Source: Entomortierella parvispora E1425 (lineage: Eukaryota > Fungi > Mortierellomycota). From it: 64,000 bases of DNA. Of the stretch, positions 51,592 through 64,000 are shown piece after piece. Position 1 is the stretch's first letter. Each line of letters opens with the position of its first letter. The notes beneath the pieces are model-generated. The model had not been told where the DNA came from and made no database searches. It worked only from the letters and a program-made list of their open reading frames with translations. The translations under genes and the position numbers were made by a program. The stretch covers positions 310,001 to 374,000 of the forward strand of contig BQFW01000013.1 in assembly GCA_020891255.1 (NCBI GenBank), in the 5' to 3' direction.

Positions 51592-53295
51592 TCACAGTTG
51601 TCGTGAAGTATCTGCCATAGACGTTGCGACATTGGGTCGGGAATGGGCCAAGAACTGGCCATGGTTGAACCCACCACCCAACCCTTGGTCATAAACCTGA
51701 GTGCCCATTTGCGAAGACGGTGAGATGGTCATTGTCGGCTTTGTCGCGACCATGGCCCCCAGACCCAGCTCCTGCTTTCCAGGTACACTGCTATTCTCGG
51801 CACCAGGGCCGTTGTCGCTGTTTCTCTTTCGCATGGCCCAAAAGACGACCCCCAGTACGACAAGAGCTCCCACGACGATACCCACAATCGCGCCTGTGGA
51901 AAGAGATGAGGACGAGGACGAGGATGAAGAATCGTGACCACCACTGCCCATATTCAACTCTGACGGGACGGTGATATCAGGGTCCATAGGGGGCCCTTCC
52001 CAATGGCCCCGGTTGATTCCTGCCAGACCTAGACCCTGGGTACCGGTCCAAGCAAACGGGTTGGGATCCGCACCAAGGGGTATAAAATAGTTATTCCTCG
52101 TGTAATTAACTGGGTCGATCACTGACGCGGCGACATTGGCGGTTGCAGAGGTTGTCGCCGCTGTTACATCCGCAATGGTGAAAAGTTGACTGGGAGTGCT
52201 TTCCATCTATAATAACATAAAGAAAAAGAGACCAAAGGAAGACAAAGAAAAGGAGACATAGCGTTAGAATGTTTGCTCGAAAGAAGGCGCGGATTCAGTT
52301 TGATGGACGAGGACGTTCCCAGAGATGTGCCAAAAAAAAGAGCGTTACCGGGGAATTCATGCAGGCCAGATAGTAAGAAAGACCAAGGTATCCAGACTGA
52401 ACGGTTATGGCCTCGTTGCAACCGCTGTAGGCCGCAGGTGCGGGGTAGGTTTTGGATGGAGAAGGGGCCGGTGACGGGTAATTGGACAGCGGCAGGGCCA
52501 GAATGGCCGAGTTTTGACCGTTTTGCACATAGGCAAGAATCTGCTCATTTCCATACGTGAGGCTCAAGATTTGGCCTTGGGTTGCTACGCTCTAAATAAA
52601 TCCGAGGTCAAAGTAGTCAGAAGATGACGAGAAGTTTCAAAAAAAAAAAACCCCCCCTTCTCCCATTTGCACAGACTCCAAAGTCAACAATATCTAGTTT
52701 TCTGCCTGAAAGTTGATAAAAGAGACTCTAGACTTACAACAGACCAATTTCCAGCAGGTTGGACCTTTTTAGACGACTCCTCCACATACCCCAGCCCGAT
52801 GGTGTTGGTCGTCGTTTCATAGTACGCATGCCACACTTGTGAAGCTCCCAACATGGCTGACGAATAAAAGATTTGGTCGCTTTGACTCTTGGTCGTGGGC
52901 CAATTGTACACCGTACTGATGGTGAGGTTGGACCAAGTCCCCGGCCCCGTTTGATGAAATGCCACGTCTCCAGTTCCAGTGGGGTCATAGCGGACACCCC
53001 CGCTGCTAGGCGACAGACTGTCTTTGCCTATCAAAGTGAAGATCCCTTCAAGACTCACTGTGCAGGACGAAGTGGTGTACGACTCGTAAGAGGCCAGGGC
53101 CAAGGAATCGATGGTGGACACGACACTCCAGGAGAGATCACTGATGGTGTCGATAGCGGCAGCAGCCTTGAGGAGCACGCTGCGATAAACATTCTCTGGA
53201 CCAATGATGTCGCTAATATGGGTAAAGCCATAGATTCACTCTCCATTGGAGGTAACACAGGCACGGCTAAGATCAACGGTAACGTCAAGAGACAT
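51592..53295 (-). pseudogene. Single-pass membrane protein gene with one premature in-frame TGA
   Basis: Frame MSLDVTVDLSRACVTSNGE*IYGFTH... continues without a break (TGA at 53236-53238). Two in-phase GT-AG introns, GVRYDP/TWSN motifs and transmembrane segment GAIVGIVVGALVVLGVVFWAM. Confidence 0.65.
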
Positions 53296-53709
53296 GTAGG
53301 GCAAGGAGACTATCGTGAAGGAGATTATATGCCGGATTGAGGAAAGAACAAGAGTAGACAGAGGGGTCGAGGGGTCGAGGAGTGTCGATGGGAAGAAAAA
53401 AATGAACAAAGGTGCAGTGCCTCACTTCTTTCTTTCTTTCTTTTCTTTTTTTTTTCTCTCTTTGGTTTGTTTGGGCAACTCTGGTCCACACGCCGAGAGC
53501 TGGCAAGGCCCGCCGCTTCTTTTTGGGGACAGTTGTAAACAACCTCAAAGGTAGTGATTCGTTGAACCCGAGGTTGCACAAATTGGACGAATTTCAGGGG
53601 AACTGATTCCCCGAGGTTAAGAGCATTGCAAAGCCCGGGGAGCCAAAGTCAGCTTCACAGACCCTTTTATATTCATTTTTATAGGCTAGTTCGCTTCTTT
53701 ATTATTATT

Positions 53710-55946
53710 TTATGGTCCTTGACTTGAGCAATACACCAGCACATCTCCTCTGCGTCGCGAATCATCATGGAAATGAGAATTGAAGAACCTCGCGCACTAT
53801 TGTATCAGAAACGTAGTGAGAAAAGAAGGATTGTCAGGTCGGTTTGAAAGTGTAACAAGTGTGTCAGAAGTGGATCTGATCCTCGATCAATACTCTTTTT
53901 TTTTTTACCTCAACATAGCCTTGATTTGAAAACCAGGCAAGGGTATCAGGATAAGTGCGGACCAAATCTTCGAAAAACACAATATGACTGTCCTTCTCTT
54001 GATGGCGAGGATGCGTCAGCCCATCATTGCCATAAACTCGAGTCGTTTTGGATGCGAACCGTGTTGAGAGGTACTTTGCCGGATCTTCATAAAAGATATC
54101 CGAGTCATCCTTGTATGTCGACACGTTAATGTCGCTAAAGCATCCGTTGAATATAGGTCATCAAAATCATCAATACCATGATAAATGCACGTACTTTGTC
54201 GGTCATAAAGGAGACGCTATAAAATGTAAGACTTACCCGAGAGGAGGCTCACATGTAAGGAACCACATGTCCAATGGCTCCCTATTCTTGAGATGCACAT
54301 TGCTGTACCAAGGCGTAGAATGGCACGGCATGATAAACGCAACAGACTCAATTTTGCCTTCTCTGGACTTTTCTCGGATCCAGTCCATAACATCCACTAC
54401 GCCTCGCTGGTGAACAAAGGTCGTGTACCATGCCATAATCGCATTGACTCCTACGAGGACCGCGACCAGAATGACAAATTTTCTGGAAGATCTCCATCCC
54501 TGAATACCAGAGAGAGAAAAGGTATACAATGCGTCTCCTCCAAAGGCTAACATTGGATACAGGATCGGGTACAAGAACCGCCACTCCTTGTGTTGTAGGC
54601 TGCTATAGACCACCAGAGCCCAGAGGCACAGATATAAGACCTGCTGCTTCAATCCAGTGTTCAGTCCTGACTGGGGAGCGCCCCAAGCCTTCCATGACCC
54701 GAAAAGGACTAAAGGGATGTAGATGCCAAACAGGATCGGGATTCCCTGAGAAATGTACCAATGCCAGGGAGAATGTCCATAAAATAGTGAAATCCCTTCC
54801 AGAACATTCACGCGGACGAAGTTCAAGGGCGTTAGAATCCATCGACCATACAGCAGAGTTGTATCCAGAACAGCAGATCCCGCCACAGCCACTCCTCTAG
54901 AGTGAAAAAATAGAAATAAGAAGTGAATGTTAGCAAAGTCTTTCTGGTTATCTCTACCAGAGCCAGAAGCAGTTTCCTTTACCCGATGAAGATAACTTTG
55001 AGGGTGATTGCAATGACCTCCTTCAAGCTTCCTTTAGAAAACCGATTGAGCAGCAAAAAGACACCCAAAAAGATCCATAGGATTGCCGCAGTTGGTCTAA
55101 AGATGCAAGTCAACGACGCGACCATAAGGGCTGTTTTCAAACTGTTCTGGACCGACTTCTTTTCCTTGGACTCTGATCCATGTCTCGGTGAAGGAACTGT
55201 TGATGTTGGTGTTGTGGGGGTCGACGCTTGGGAGTTAGTAAATGGCCAATAATAGAGTGCCACTATGGTCAAAGCAGACTCCAAGGAGTTGGCCAGCGTC
55301 CTCGTCGAGCAGAAAAAGTTCCACCAGCTGGCAGCGGAGAGAAACAACTATTATACAAGAGAAAGTATCGAGATCCAGATCTGCAAGCGTAAGGATTTGG
55401 TCCGTAGTGATTTCGAAAGGAGAAAAGTCGCCCTATGCAATTTAAACCACTTACTGTCCAGTTGGCAATCAGCTGGTTCTCAAAGAGGCGATACGAAAAC
55501 TTGTAAGCATATAGATCTCCAAGAGCTGCAAATCCAGACTGCAAGATCCTCGGTCCAACGATCTACAAGGTTGAATAGGGCTGCCACTGTAAGTATGACT
55601 GGAGTCCAAGACGTGAACGACGCAAACACCCCTGAATCAGATGTCAGCCCCTGTTTCCTACAAAAAGTGCTCCGTCTTCCAGTCCAAGAATGGCCATCAA
55701 CTTGTAGAGTCCCGCAAAGAGCGCTGGGTGAAGTACAGACCGCAGACCAACAGATCCCCACTCCCAAGTCAAGTAGCCATATCCAAATGTGATCCTGTGC
55801 CCAACTTCCAACGCTTGCCAGTACTCGTCCGGACTGAAATAGGTGCGCACGAGAAGTGAGTTGATGACTCGGAACAGGAGCAGCCCGAGAAACAACTGTG
55901 AGTCTGGTATCTGATGGGTGCGCCTGACCGCAGGTGGGTTCGTCAT
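53710..55946 (-). CDS. GPI10: GPI mannosyltransferase 3 (Alg9-like family)
   Basis: SPDEYWQALEVGHRITFGYGYLTWEW, FCSTRTLANSLES, HKEWRF, HQRGV, MPCHSTP, FLTCEPPL; last exon CARFFNSHFHDDSRRRGDVLVY then stop. Confidence 0.93.
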
Positions 55947-56161
55947 TGCGTGGAGTAATGTCCAAGATGAGAGATTTGCAACGTGTCATTTTCACCATCC
56001 CATGCACTCGCGTCAAGCTGATCAACCTTCAAAAAATGCAGTCACTCCATTTTTTCATTTTTATTTTTTTTTATTTTCAGTTTTAGGGCATAACCATGCA
56101 AATGGAGAGGAGGGAGGAGATATACTACAGGGAAATGTACAAGGTGCGTATGAAGGGGACT

Positions 56162-57531
56162 TTAGGGCGCGGGAAGTCCCTCAATGAGCTTGGTTGTGAT
56201 CCGGTCATCTACCAACTTAGTACGCTCGTTATACAAGTGCTTGTAGGCGTTCTTGATCGTCACCTCGGACACACCGCACACCATACTGATGTCGCGAGTC
56301 GTTCGCTGCTGCTGGTAGAGATTGCAGGCCATGTAGATGCAAGCCGCTGCAATCGAAACGGGGGATTTACCAGCCAAGGTACCAAGCTCTTTGGCCTTTT
56401 TGGTCAACTCCACCGCAGCCTTTTGAACTTCCATAGGGAGTCTCAAGTTGGCGCAGAAACGAGCCATAAGATCCTCCGAGGTCATGGTTTGAACCTTTGT
56501 CTCCTGGAAGGCTTCGTTCAAGACCTTGAAGCAACGACCAATCTCCTTCTTTGGCACTTGAGTCAAGGTACAGATCTCTTTGAACGTACGAGGGACACCC
56601 TCCTGACGGCAAGCAATAAAGATGCAGGCTGCAATGATGCTCTCGTTGGGTTTACCCCTCAACAGTTTGTCATCTTCAACGCGCTTGAAAAGCTGCTTGG
56701 CAATATCGGCTGATATACATACAAAGACAAATAATAATTAATACAGAACACTTGAGCAATAGATCCAAAGTTTCATAAGCAGGGAGGTTTGGATCTTACC
56801 GATGAGCTTGGGAAGTCCAATGGCTTCGCACATGGCCGAGATGTCCTTGTAAGCCTGCAGCAAGTTGCGCTCGCCCTTGACAGCAGTAACGCGGCCATGG
56901 GTTCTGTTCAGCTCGCGAGCGGCACCAGAGCCGCCATCCTTCTGCGAGATAACGGTGTCAAGCTGGGGTCCGTTCAAGAGAGGATTGGCAGCAGAACCGA
57001 CACGAGAAGGATCATCACCTTCGTCGTTGGCAAAAGTACGCCATTCTGATCGAGTGTCCACGATGCGGTCGCCCAGCACCAGGCCACAGTCAGCACACAC
57101 CAAATCGCCAGAAGAAAACTCTTCGGAGATATTGGGAGGAACCACCTTGCAGTCTGATACCGACAAAAAAAAAAGTCGAGTAAAAGGGCAAAGGAAAGAT
57201 AATGGGGTCGTTCAGTGTACGTTCTCTTTTCGACCATGTTGCACAGCGATTACCATAGCTTGCGCCACCACTTTTGTCAATGACCCAATATCTAGTGCCT
57301 GCCTATGCCAGTCTCTTTCACTTTTTGCATTCGTCTCTTTCCAATCTCGGCGTCATTTGTCATCACCACCAAAAAGTCACAAAGACATCACTTTCATTGC
57401 GATTGAGTGAGAAGAGCTGCAAAGCAACAGGAGAGGGGGATTGATTACTCACCAGGACACATCAGCTGGACATTGAGATCAACCACCTTTGCCTGGGTAG
57501 GGAGAGGAGCGGTGTAGGCTTTTGTGGCCAT
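56162..57531 (-). CDS. SUA7: General transcription factor TFIIB
   Basis: Zn ribbon split by an intron (MCP|DC...GDLVCADCGLVLGDRIVD), B-finger SEWRTF, cyclin repeats (IIAACIFIACRQEGVPRTFKEI, GKSPVSIAAACIY). Three exons. Confidence 0.97.
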
Positions 57532-57764
57532 GGTGTGGATGTGTAATGGGGGAGGCAGGTAGAGGAGGTGTGTCAATTGGGAGTCGAGTGCAAAGAAAGT
57601 GTCAGCGTTGTCTAGGGCAAAGAAGGAGCGGGTTCGCCAATGACAAAAGGACTGAGGGCACAATGGACAAGAAGCAACAACGGGGGCGAAGGGAGGCGAA
57701 GCAGACGAATGCCACAAAAAAACGAGAAAGGAATGAAGAATGGAATGCATGAATGGGCAAGCAG

Positions 57765-57774
57765 CCTTTTTATA
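57765..57774 (-). promoter_or_regulatory. Candidate TATA box for the TFIIB gene
   Basis: TATAAAAAGG on the minus strand about 235 nt upstream of the ATG. Confidence 0.45.
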
Positions 57775-57890
57775 GAGGGAGGGAGGGAGGGAGGGTAGTG
57801 AGACACAGCGGGAGAGACAGCGACAAGCCACCCGAGGCACGTGCATGGGAAGTGCAGATGATCGTACGTACTGCGCTGATATTGGTTTCC

Positions 57891-57893
57891 CTC

Positions 57894-57928
<35 letters not shown>

Positions 57929-57955
57929 GTCTCTGTCTGTCTCTCTGTCTGTCTG
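57891..57955. repeat. (TCTG)n microsatellite
   Basis: Seen directly in the sequence. Confidence 0.9.
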
Positions 57956-58289
57956 TTGTGTGTTCCATCGCACATTCTTCTTCTTTTTCCTTTCTCATTC
58001 ACCTGATTGGATTGGATTCACTCTCTTCATCTCGTCCTTCCTTCCTTCCTTCCTTCATCCGACCTTCTCGTTGCTCTGCCTTTCATCGGCTGCTGCCCTC
58101 TCCTTCCACATCGTCATAGCATTGTACATAGTATCCTCACCCCACACTCCTCCAGAGGTAAAAAACCCCTTCCTTCGATCCATCCCTCTGTGTGCTCTCT
58201 GCATGTGTGCATGGGTCAATGTGCTTGTGCTTATGCTTGTGTATTTTTTTTTTCTTTTTTTTTTTTTTCTTTTCCTTCGTGCTTTGCCC

Positions 58290-58645
58290 TTGTCCTTCCC
58301 TTCCCTTCCCTTCCCTTCCCTTTGTTCGTCCTTGCTCCCCTTTGCCCACACACACACACATCCGCAGGAAACAAAAGAAAACACACCGCGGGAACAGGAT
58401 ACTTTGCATAACACAGACACTTGCTCTGTCTGTCTGTCTGTCTCTCTTCATGCCCCCTTCCCTTCTCTTCCCTTCCTTTTTGTTCCCTTCCCTTCCCTTC
58501 CCTTCTTCGTCTCTCTCTGTCCGTCTCCTCCATCCCCCCCCCCCCATCGACCCAACTTTGCCCCATGGGTGATTGTTGTGCCACTCTTGCTCTCTCTCCC
58601 CTTTTCACCCCTACTTCCTGCCCGTCCTTCCTTCCTTCCTTCCTT
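58290..58645. repeat. Pyrimidine-rich (CCCTT)n/(CCTT)n microsatellite cluster
   Basis: Runs at about 58295-58321, 58483-58505 and 58625-58650. Confidence 0.8.
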
Positions 58646-59360
58646 CCTTCTTTTCTCCCTGCCTTCTTTTGAACCTACCAACCAACCAATCCTGCATCCC
58701 AGCCCACTCTCTCGCTCCCTTTTTGCCCATCCTCTTCTATTTTTCACTTGCATTCTCCTTCCAGCCCGTCTCCTATTCATGCATGTCCATCCTGTCGTGA
58801 AATTGTTTCTCCGTCTTCCCATTCCATCGAGTCCATACTGACTGACGCTCTTTTTTTTTTCTTTTGCTTTGTTTCTATTGTCCTCTCTGTGTAATAGACG
58901 TACGCTCTTTTGTTTTAGACCCCACTAGTCAGCTTCGTCGTATCCAACCCAGCGCCTTTGGACAAGTACAGAGAGAAACATCCCACTGTATCCTCCTGCT
59001 GTTGTAATCCAACTCTTGTCACATTTACGACACACCGCCTGCTGTTGTTGTTGATCGACCGACGCTAAAGCAAAGGGACCCAAGGAAAAGAAAAAAAAGG
59101 ACAGGACGCATCATCGAGCCAGGAGAACCAGGAATCTGCGTGTTGACCCTGTCGTCTCGAGTGTCGAACGACACCCAACAATCTGCCACGCCAAAGAAAA
59201 GCTCCATTGGGTGCGTGTGAATTCGTGGATGCAAAGATATCAGACATGATGATATTACGCTTTCCATGGTTTCCCGTCATTTGCCCGTGACCCGGTCTAA
59301 CTGACTCACTTTTTTTGGCTTCCATGCTCTGTCTCCATCCTTATTAGGTCTCAGTCCACG

Positions 59361-62300
59361 ATGGAAAATGGGACAGTCGCACGCGCAACCTCGTCCTCTG
59401 GCCTGCAACAGAACCCACCACACCACTACCTACCAATCTTAATGACCAACGGGAAGAGCATGTCAGGGTCTATGTTCTCTCGCATCGACTCAGAGTCGCC
59501 GTCAAAAACCAGTGGATCAACGAGCAGTGGCAAGACTGAGTCTGTTTCTTCACCTTCGGCAACCGCGCCTTTGTCTTCAGCACCATCATCATCATCAATC
59601 ACACAGGCGCATCAACACCAAGGAACCACCTCTGTCAAAGAGCCTCGAAAGGAGAAGGACCCCAGCTCTATAAATATACCTGCTGGCTCGAATGCCACAC
59701 CTTCTACTGCTCAAGAGTCTATCAATTTGGAAGCCAACACTACCTCGGCAAAGTCTCATGCTCCAGCACCGGCTCCTCAACCATCAGGGACTGCATCTAC
59801 CACAGATCCGCTTGATGGAACATTAAGCGATTTTGATGGATCGGACCTCTCGGACCTCAACAGCGATTCCAGCCTTAGTGGTTCAGGCAAGGAGGATCAT
59901 GACGATGACGACTCCAGTGCGGATGGCAGTGCCAGTGAACATGACGACGAGGATGCCGGCGAAAAGAGCCAAGCAGAATCATCAGAATCAGATGACTCAC
60001 AGCGTCCATCAAAACCCCTTGCGAAACCCAAGAAATCACAAGGAAAAGGTCCCGCGCGAGCAAAGAACAGTCGGAGAATCCTCTCGGATAACAGCTCAGA
60101 CGAAGAAGCACAAGAACAGGTTGTCAAGAAGCGAGGTCCTGGAAGACCTCCAAAAGTCAAGAACAACCCGCTAAAGTCTCAATCACCGAAATCACCCACA
60201 TCACCAGCCTTCAGCGCCACAACCAAACTGACTGGAAATGGATCAAAAAGCACCGACATGGAAGGCGTTGTTGCTGTGTCGCCAACCACAAGTGAAACGC
60301 AAACAAAGAGAAAGACCAAGCAACCCGACTTTGTAAATATCGGTAAACGGGACCGGTCTGGACGAACACAGCTTTTCAAATACACTGCAGCAGGCGATCT
60401 GGAAATTTGTAAAAGACTCATTGAGGAAGGCGCGCAAGTGAACGACCGAGATTACGCAGACTGGACTCCACTTCATGAGGCCTGTGTGACTGGACACGAC
60501 AAGGTGGCGGAACTATTGATTCAACACCACGCGGACGTGAACGCTCAAGGCGGCCAGTTGGATACCCCCCTTCATGATGCCGCTCAGAATGGCCATGTGG
60601 AGGTTGTGAAACTTTTGCTCGCCCACGGTGCCAACGTTATGGCCAAGAACGCCAAAGGAATCACTCCAATCGATGTCAGTGACGACAGCGAGGTCATCGA
60701 GTTGCTCGAGCGTCGCCAGTCACTCGTTGCCCTGCTAACAGGCAAAAACCAGGCTGGACAGACTATGCTTCACCGGTCATGTAGCTCAGGATCCTACAAT
60801 ACTGTGGCAGATCTTCTCAACCAAGGGGCCGACATCAATGCAAAGGACAATGCTCAATGGACTCCACTGCATGAGGCTGCTCTTGCGGGACATACGGCTG
60901 TCGTGGAGCTTTTACTTACTCAAGGAGCGAACCCGAATGCAAAAGGACATGGCGACGACACTGCCTTGCATGATGCAGCCCAAAACGAGCACGAGGATGT
61001 TGTTCGCCTTCTCTTGGAATATGGAGCCGACCCTGATTTCAAGAATTCCAAGGGAGAGAAAGCCTGTGATGTATCAGAGCATGAAGGCATCTTGGAACTG
61101 TTGAAGCATGGCGCTCGTGGAACCAAAAAACCCGCTCTGGAGGTTACTGCAGGTGTTCTCTCGTCAAGCTCGTCGCTTTCGTCCCTCTCATCACAGGGAT
61201 CTAAGCAATCCAGCTCTTCGCAAAAGGGCAAAGCCGGCCGGCCCGGAAAGGAATCACGGCGGAAAGAAGGAAGCGCGGATGCAATGAGTGATGAAGGAAG
61301 AAGGAGTGCCAGTGAGGACCGACCAGCTCAAGGGCAAATGTCCAGAGATGAGCGCAAAATGCAACAGTTGCTTTCGACGATCCGTATGCAGGAGCAACGG
61401 GAAGAACGCAAGAAGGCGAAAAAGAGAAATTTCAAGCTGGCATCAGAAGATGAGAATGACGAGGATGAGGAGGAGGATACGCCTACACCCACCCGCTCAA
61501 CAAACTCTTCGTGGAAACAATCTCAATCATCAAGGAATAGTCAATCCACAAGTCGAACCGTCACCAAGGGTTCCCAGAATGGATCCAAACGGGCGACTGC
61601 ACGATTGGAGGAAAGAGAAGAGTCCTCTGATTCGGAACCAACCCCGCGGCGGTCAGTCAAACGGTCTTTGGGCGATCGGTTCCGGATAGATCATCGCTAT
61701 AGAGACCCGGATGGACGCACCCAGCTTCACCAATGGTCTGAGGCAGGCGATATTGAGATGGTTGGAACTCTCTTGGAAGGAGGTTTCGATCGCGACCCGG
61801 CCGATAATGAAGGACTAACCCCGCTTCACTTGGCCGCCAAAGCCGGGAACACGGATGTCCTTGTATTGCTTCTTGCCTACGGCTCCAATGTCAACGCGCA
61901 GGATAACACAAAGTCAACAGCATTGCATGAGGCTGTTCGGCATCGACACAAGGAAGCGGTTCGACTTCTGCTTCAGAACAATGCTGCTGTTGGGATTCGG
62001 GATTCGAAAAAGAGGACAAGCCTCGAGTTGGCTTCCCCCAAGGATGAAGAGATCAAAACCTTATTGAAGGCTTCGCTGGAGCAGGCCGAGTTGAAGGCCA
62101 AGGAGCGCTCAAAAAAGAGGCTTTCTCAAGTTTTGGATTGTAAGTGGACCCCAACTGCACCAACAACCTTTGACCTGCATAACTTAAAACAAGGGAGAAT
62201 ATATGGTCTGACAACTGTTTGTTTATTTCTTTTGTCATGATTGTAGCTCGCGACTCTGGAAAGCACAAGGAGCGCAAGATGAACCGTCGCAGCGATAGTG

Positions 62301-64000
62301 ATAGCGATGAACCCATTCGACCGAAATCCAAGGACCGTGAAAGGAAGGAAGGTGAGGAACGCAAAAAGCACTCCAGGACTAGTTCAAGCACAGGCATGAA
62401 AAAGTCGGCGTCTCTTCCTTCAATAAGCACCACGCAGTCAGGGACAACCAAAAGCACGTCTCTTACGCCTACAACGGCCACTGCGTCTTCAAGTCGACCT
62501 TGGGGTAGTAACGGCGATGGAGCCGATACGACATCCACCAAACAAAAGGGGCAGGTAAGGAGAATGTCCTCATCCTCGACTTCTGCGCTTCCAGGCCTCG
62601 AGGATGGAGATTCAAAAATCTCGGGATCCAGCAAGAAGCGCAGGGAAGGAGATCGATCCTCTGATGGCTACAGTGGCAAAGTCAAGATCAAGAAAGAGCG
62701 GGAAGATGAGGGCCCATCCTTTAGGAGTTTGTCAAAGGCGGACGAGCTCCGTCGGGTGGCTTCGACGCCGTCTTTGTCCAAGGATGGAAAAGCGGGTCGG
62801 CATGGATCCAAATCCTCGCTTTCCTCAAGGACGAGCTCTGCACACCTGGGAGCAGGATCTTCGATTGCGACCATCTCACCACCTCTGACAGAGACGTCCT
62901 CATCGCCTCCACCACCATCGTCACAGTCGTCTGCTGCGCAAGATTTGGAAAAAAGCCGGAAACGAAGCAGTCAAACATTTGCCTCCCCCAGTGGTTACCT
63001 CAAGTTTGCGGATGATCTCAAACTCGGAAGCACGGCTCAACATAGCCGACAGCGCAGCACGGCTTCAGTTCAATCTTCGCGTCCCGTAGCAGCGGATTCG
63101 ATGGCCCAAGCACCTGTGGAGCCAGATTCGTCAAGAAAGAAGGCAAAGACTTCTCAAGGAGAGTCTAACGCAGAGTCAGGTACCGGTCCTGTCAAGCCCA
63201 CCTCAAAGGCTAGCAGTCAGGTTCACCCCAAGAAGCGATCTGAAAACGGATCCATTCATTTGGCGACTGCCTCTGCTGCAAAGGTATCCTCGGCGAGCGC
63301 TCCTTCAGCGGCCACAGTCGTCAAGACAGAGTCGGGCGAGAAGACCCAAGGCCGGAAGGTCGAGATCAAAAAGGAGGAAACGACCGTAGCAGTGGACGTC
63401 AAGCCCTCGGAACGTTCAGTGCAGGATGCTCAACGGTATCTGCCCCTGTATACTGTGCAACTCTCTGGAGACAGTGGAGAATCAGCCAACGGTGGATCAA
63501 CAGCCTCGACCACGCACTCTACAGGATCGCCAGGACAGTACTTTTGTGTGGTGGACAAGCAAGTGCAGCTTTTGCTTGGATTGGCGCCCGGAAGTCTGTT
63601 TACGCGGTACCCACATTTGCTCCGACGACTGGTCACAAAGCGGGAAAAGGTCCGATTGTGGTCCCCTCTTTCATCCATGGTCTCGGACCGATGTGCGGCT
63701 GCGGTCAAGTTGAATTATGAGGTGTTACCGGCGGAATGTCAGTTCTCGTCCTGGACGAATGCGACGCATGCGATGAGTCGACTGAAGGAACACGAGAAGC
63801 AAAAATTCCTTGGGTGCGATGTGTTCTTTGTTCGTCTGGAGGAGGTAATTGAGGTCATCAAACGGGATTACGCTCAGCTGAACGAGAGCATGATGACGAT
63901 CATGCTTGATATTGGGTATGATGAGGCCGAGATGGAAATTGACCCCGAGGAAGAAGCAGAGGAAGAAAAGCCTCAGGTGAAGGTCAAGGAGGAAGAAATG
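59361..64000 (+). CDS. Multi-ankyrin nuclear protein, Hos4 (Set3C)-like; 3' end beyond the window
   Basis: Exon 59361-about 62140, intron to about 62245, then an open frame to 64000. Three ankyrin clusters (RDRSGRTQLF...WTPLHEAC, AGQTMLH...WTPLHEAA, DGRTQLH...GLTPLHLAA), AT-hook KRGPGRPPK, and a C-terminal YLPLY...RYPHLLRR domain. Hos4 identity is inferred. Confidence 0.82.

Noticed and set aside
57753-58841. 362-aa ORF and overlapping ORFs
   Set aside because: Translations of microsatellite and pyrimidine-rich promoter DNA with no protein-like content.
59070-59360. Possible non-AUG N-terminal extension of the ankyrin gene through an upstream exon
   Set aside because: The frame is open but has no ATG after the upstream stop; a 5'UTR intron is the simpler reading.
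1-64000. tRNA, rRNA or snoRNA genes
   Set aside because: No cloverleaf or rRNA signatures recognised by eye; GTTCGA hits noticed fall within protein-coding genes. tRNAscan-SE/Infernal would be needed to exclude them fully.

Overview
Eukaryotic, intron-rich fungal genomic DNA. Gene families, intron sizes and low-complexity content are most consistent with Mortierellaceae (Mucoromycota); this is inferred from sequence features, not from a search. About 11 intact protein-coding genes, read by manually splicing GT-AG introns: an Spt23/Mga2-like transcription factor (+), ASPM/Asp (-), two hypothetical proteins, a ZGRF1-like DUF2439/SF1 helicase (-) head-to-head with a UBL-WLM (Wss1-family) protease (+), importin Kap123 (+), an OCRL/INPP5B 5-phosphatase (+), an asteroid/FAM120 PIN-domain protein (+), GPI10/PIG-B (-), TFIIB (-) and a Hos4-like ankyrin protein running off the right edge (+). 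There are also two disrupted genes (a decayed LRR gene and a membrane-protein gene with one in-frame TGA), a 63-bp minisatellite and several microsatellites. No rRNA, tRNA, CRISPR array or intact transposon was recognised. Most notable: (1) the Spt23/Mga2-like protein carries a second DNA-binding-like domain where the ER transmembrane anchor normally sits; (2) one minisatellite copy has three same-strand CpG->CpA changes; (3) a divergent ZGRF1/Wss DNA-repair gene pair; (4) an SMARCB1-type winged-helix domain on the Hos4-like protein. Nothing here is clearly a new multi-gene system.
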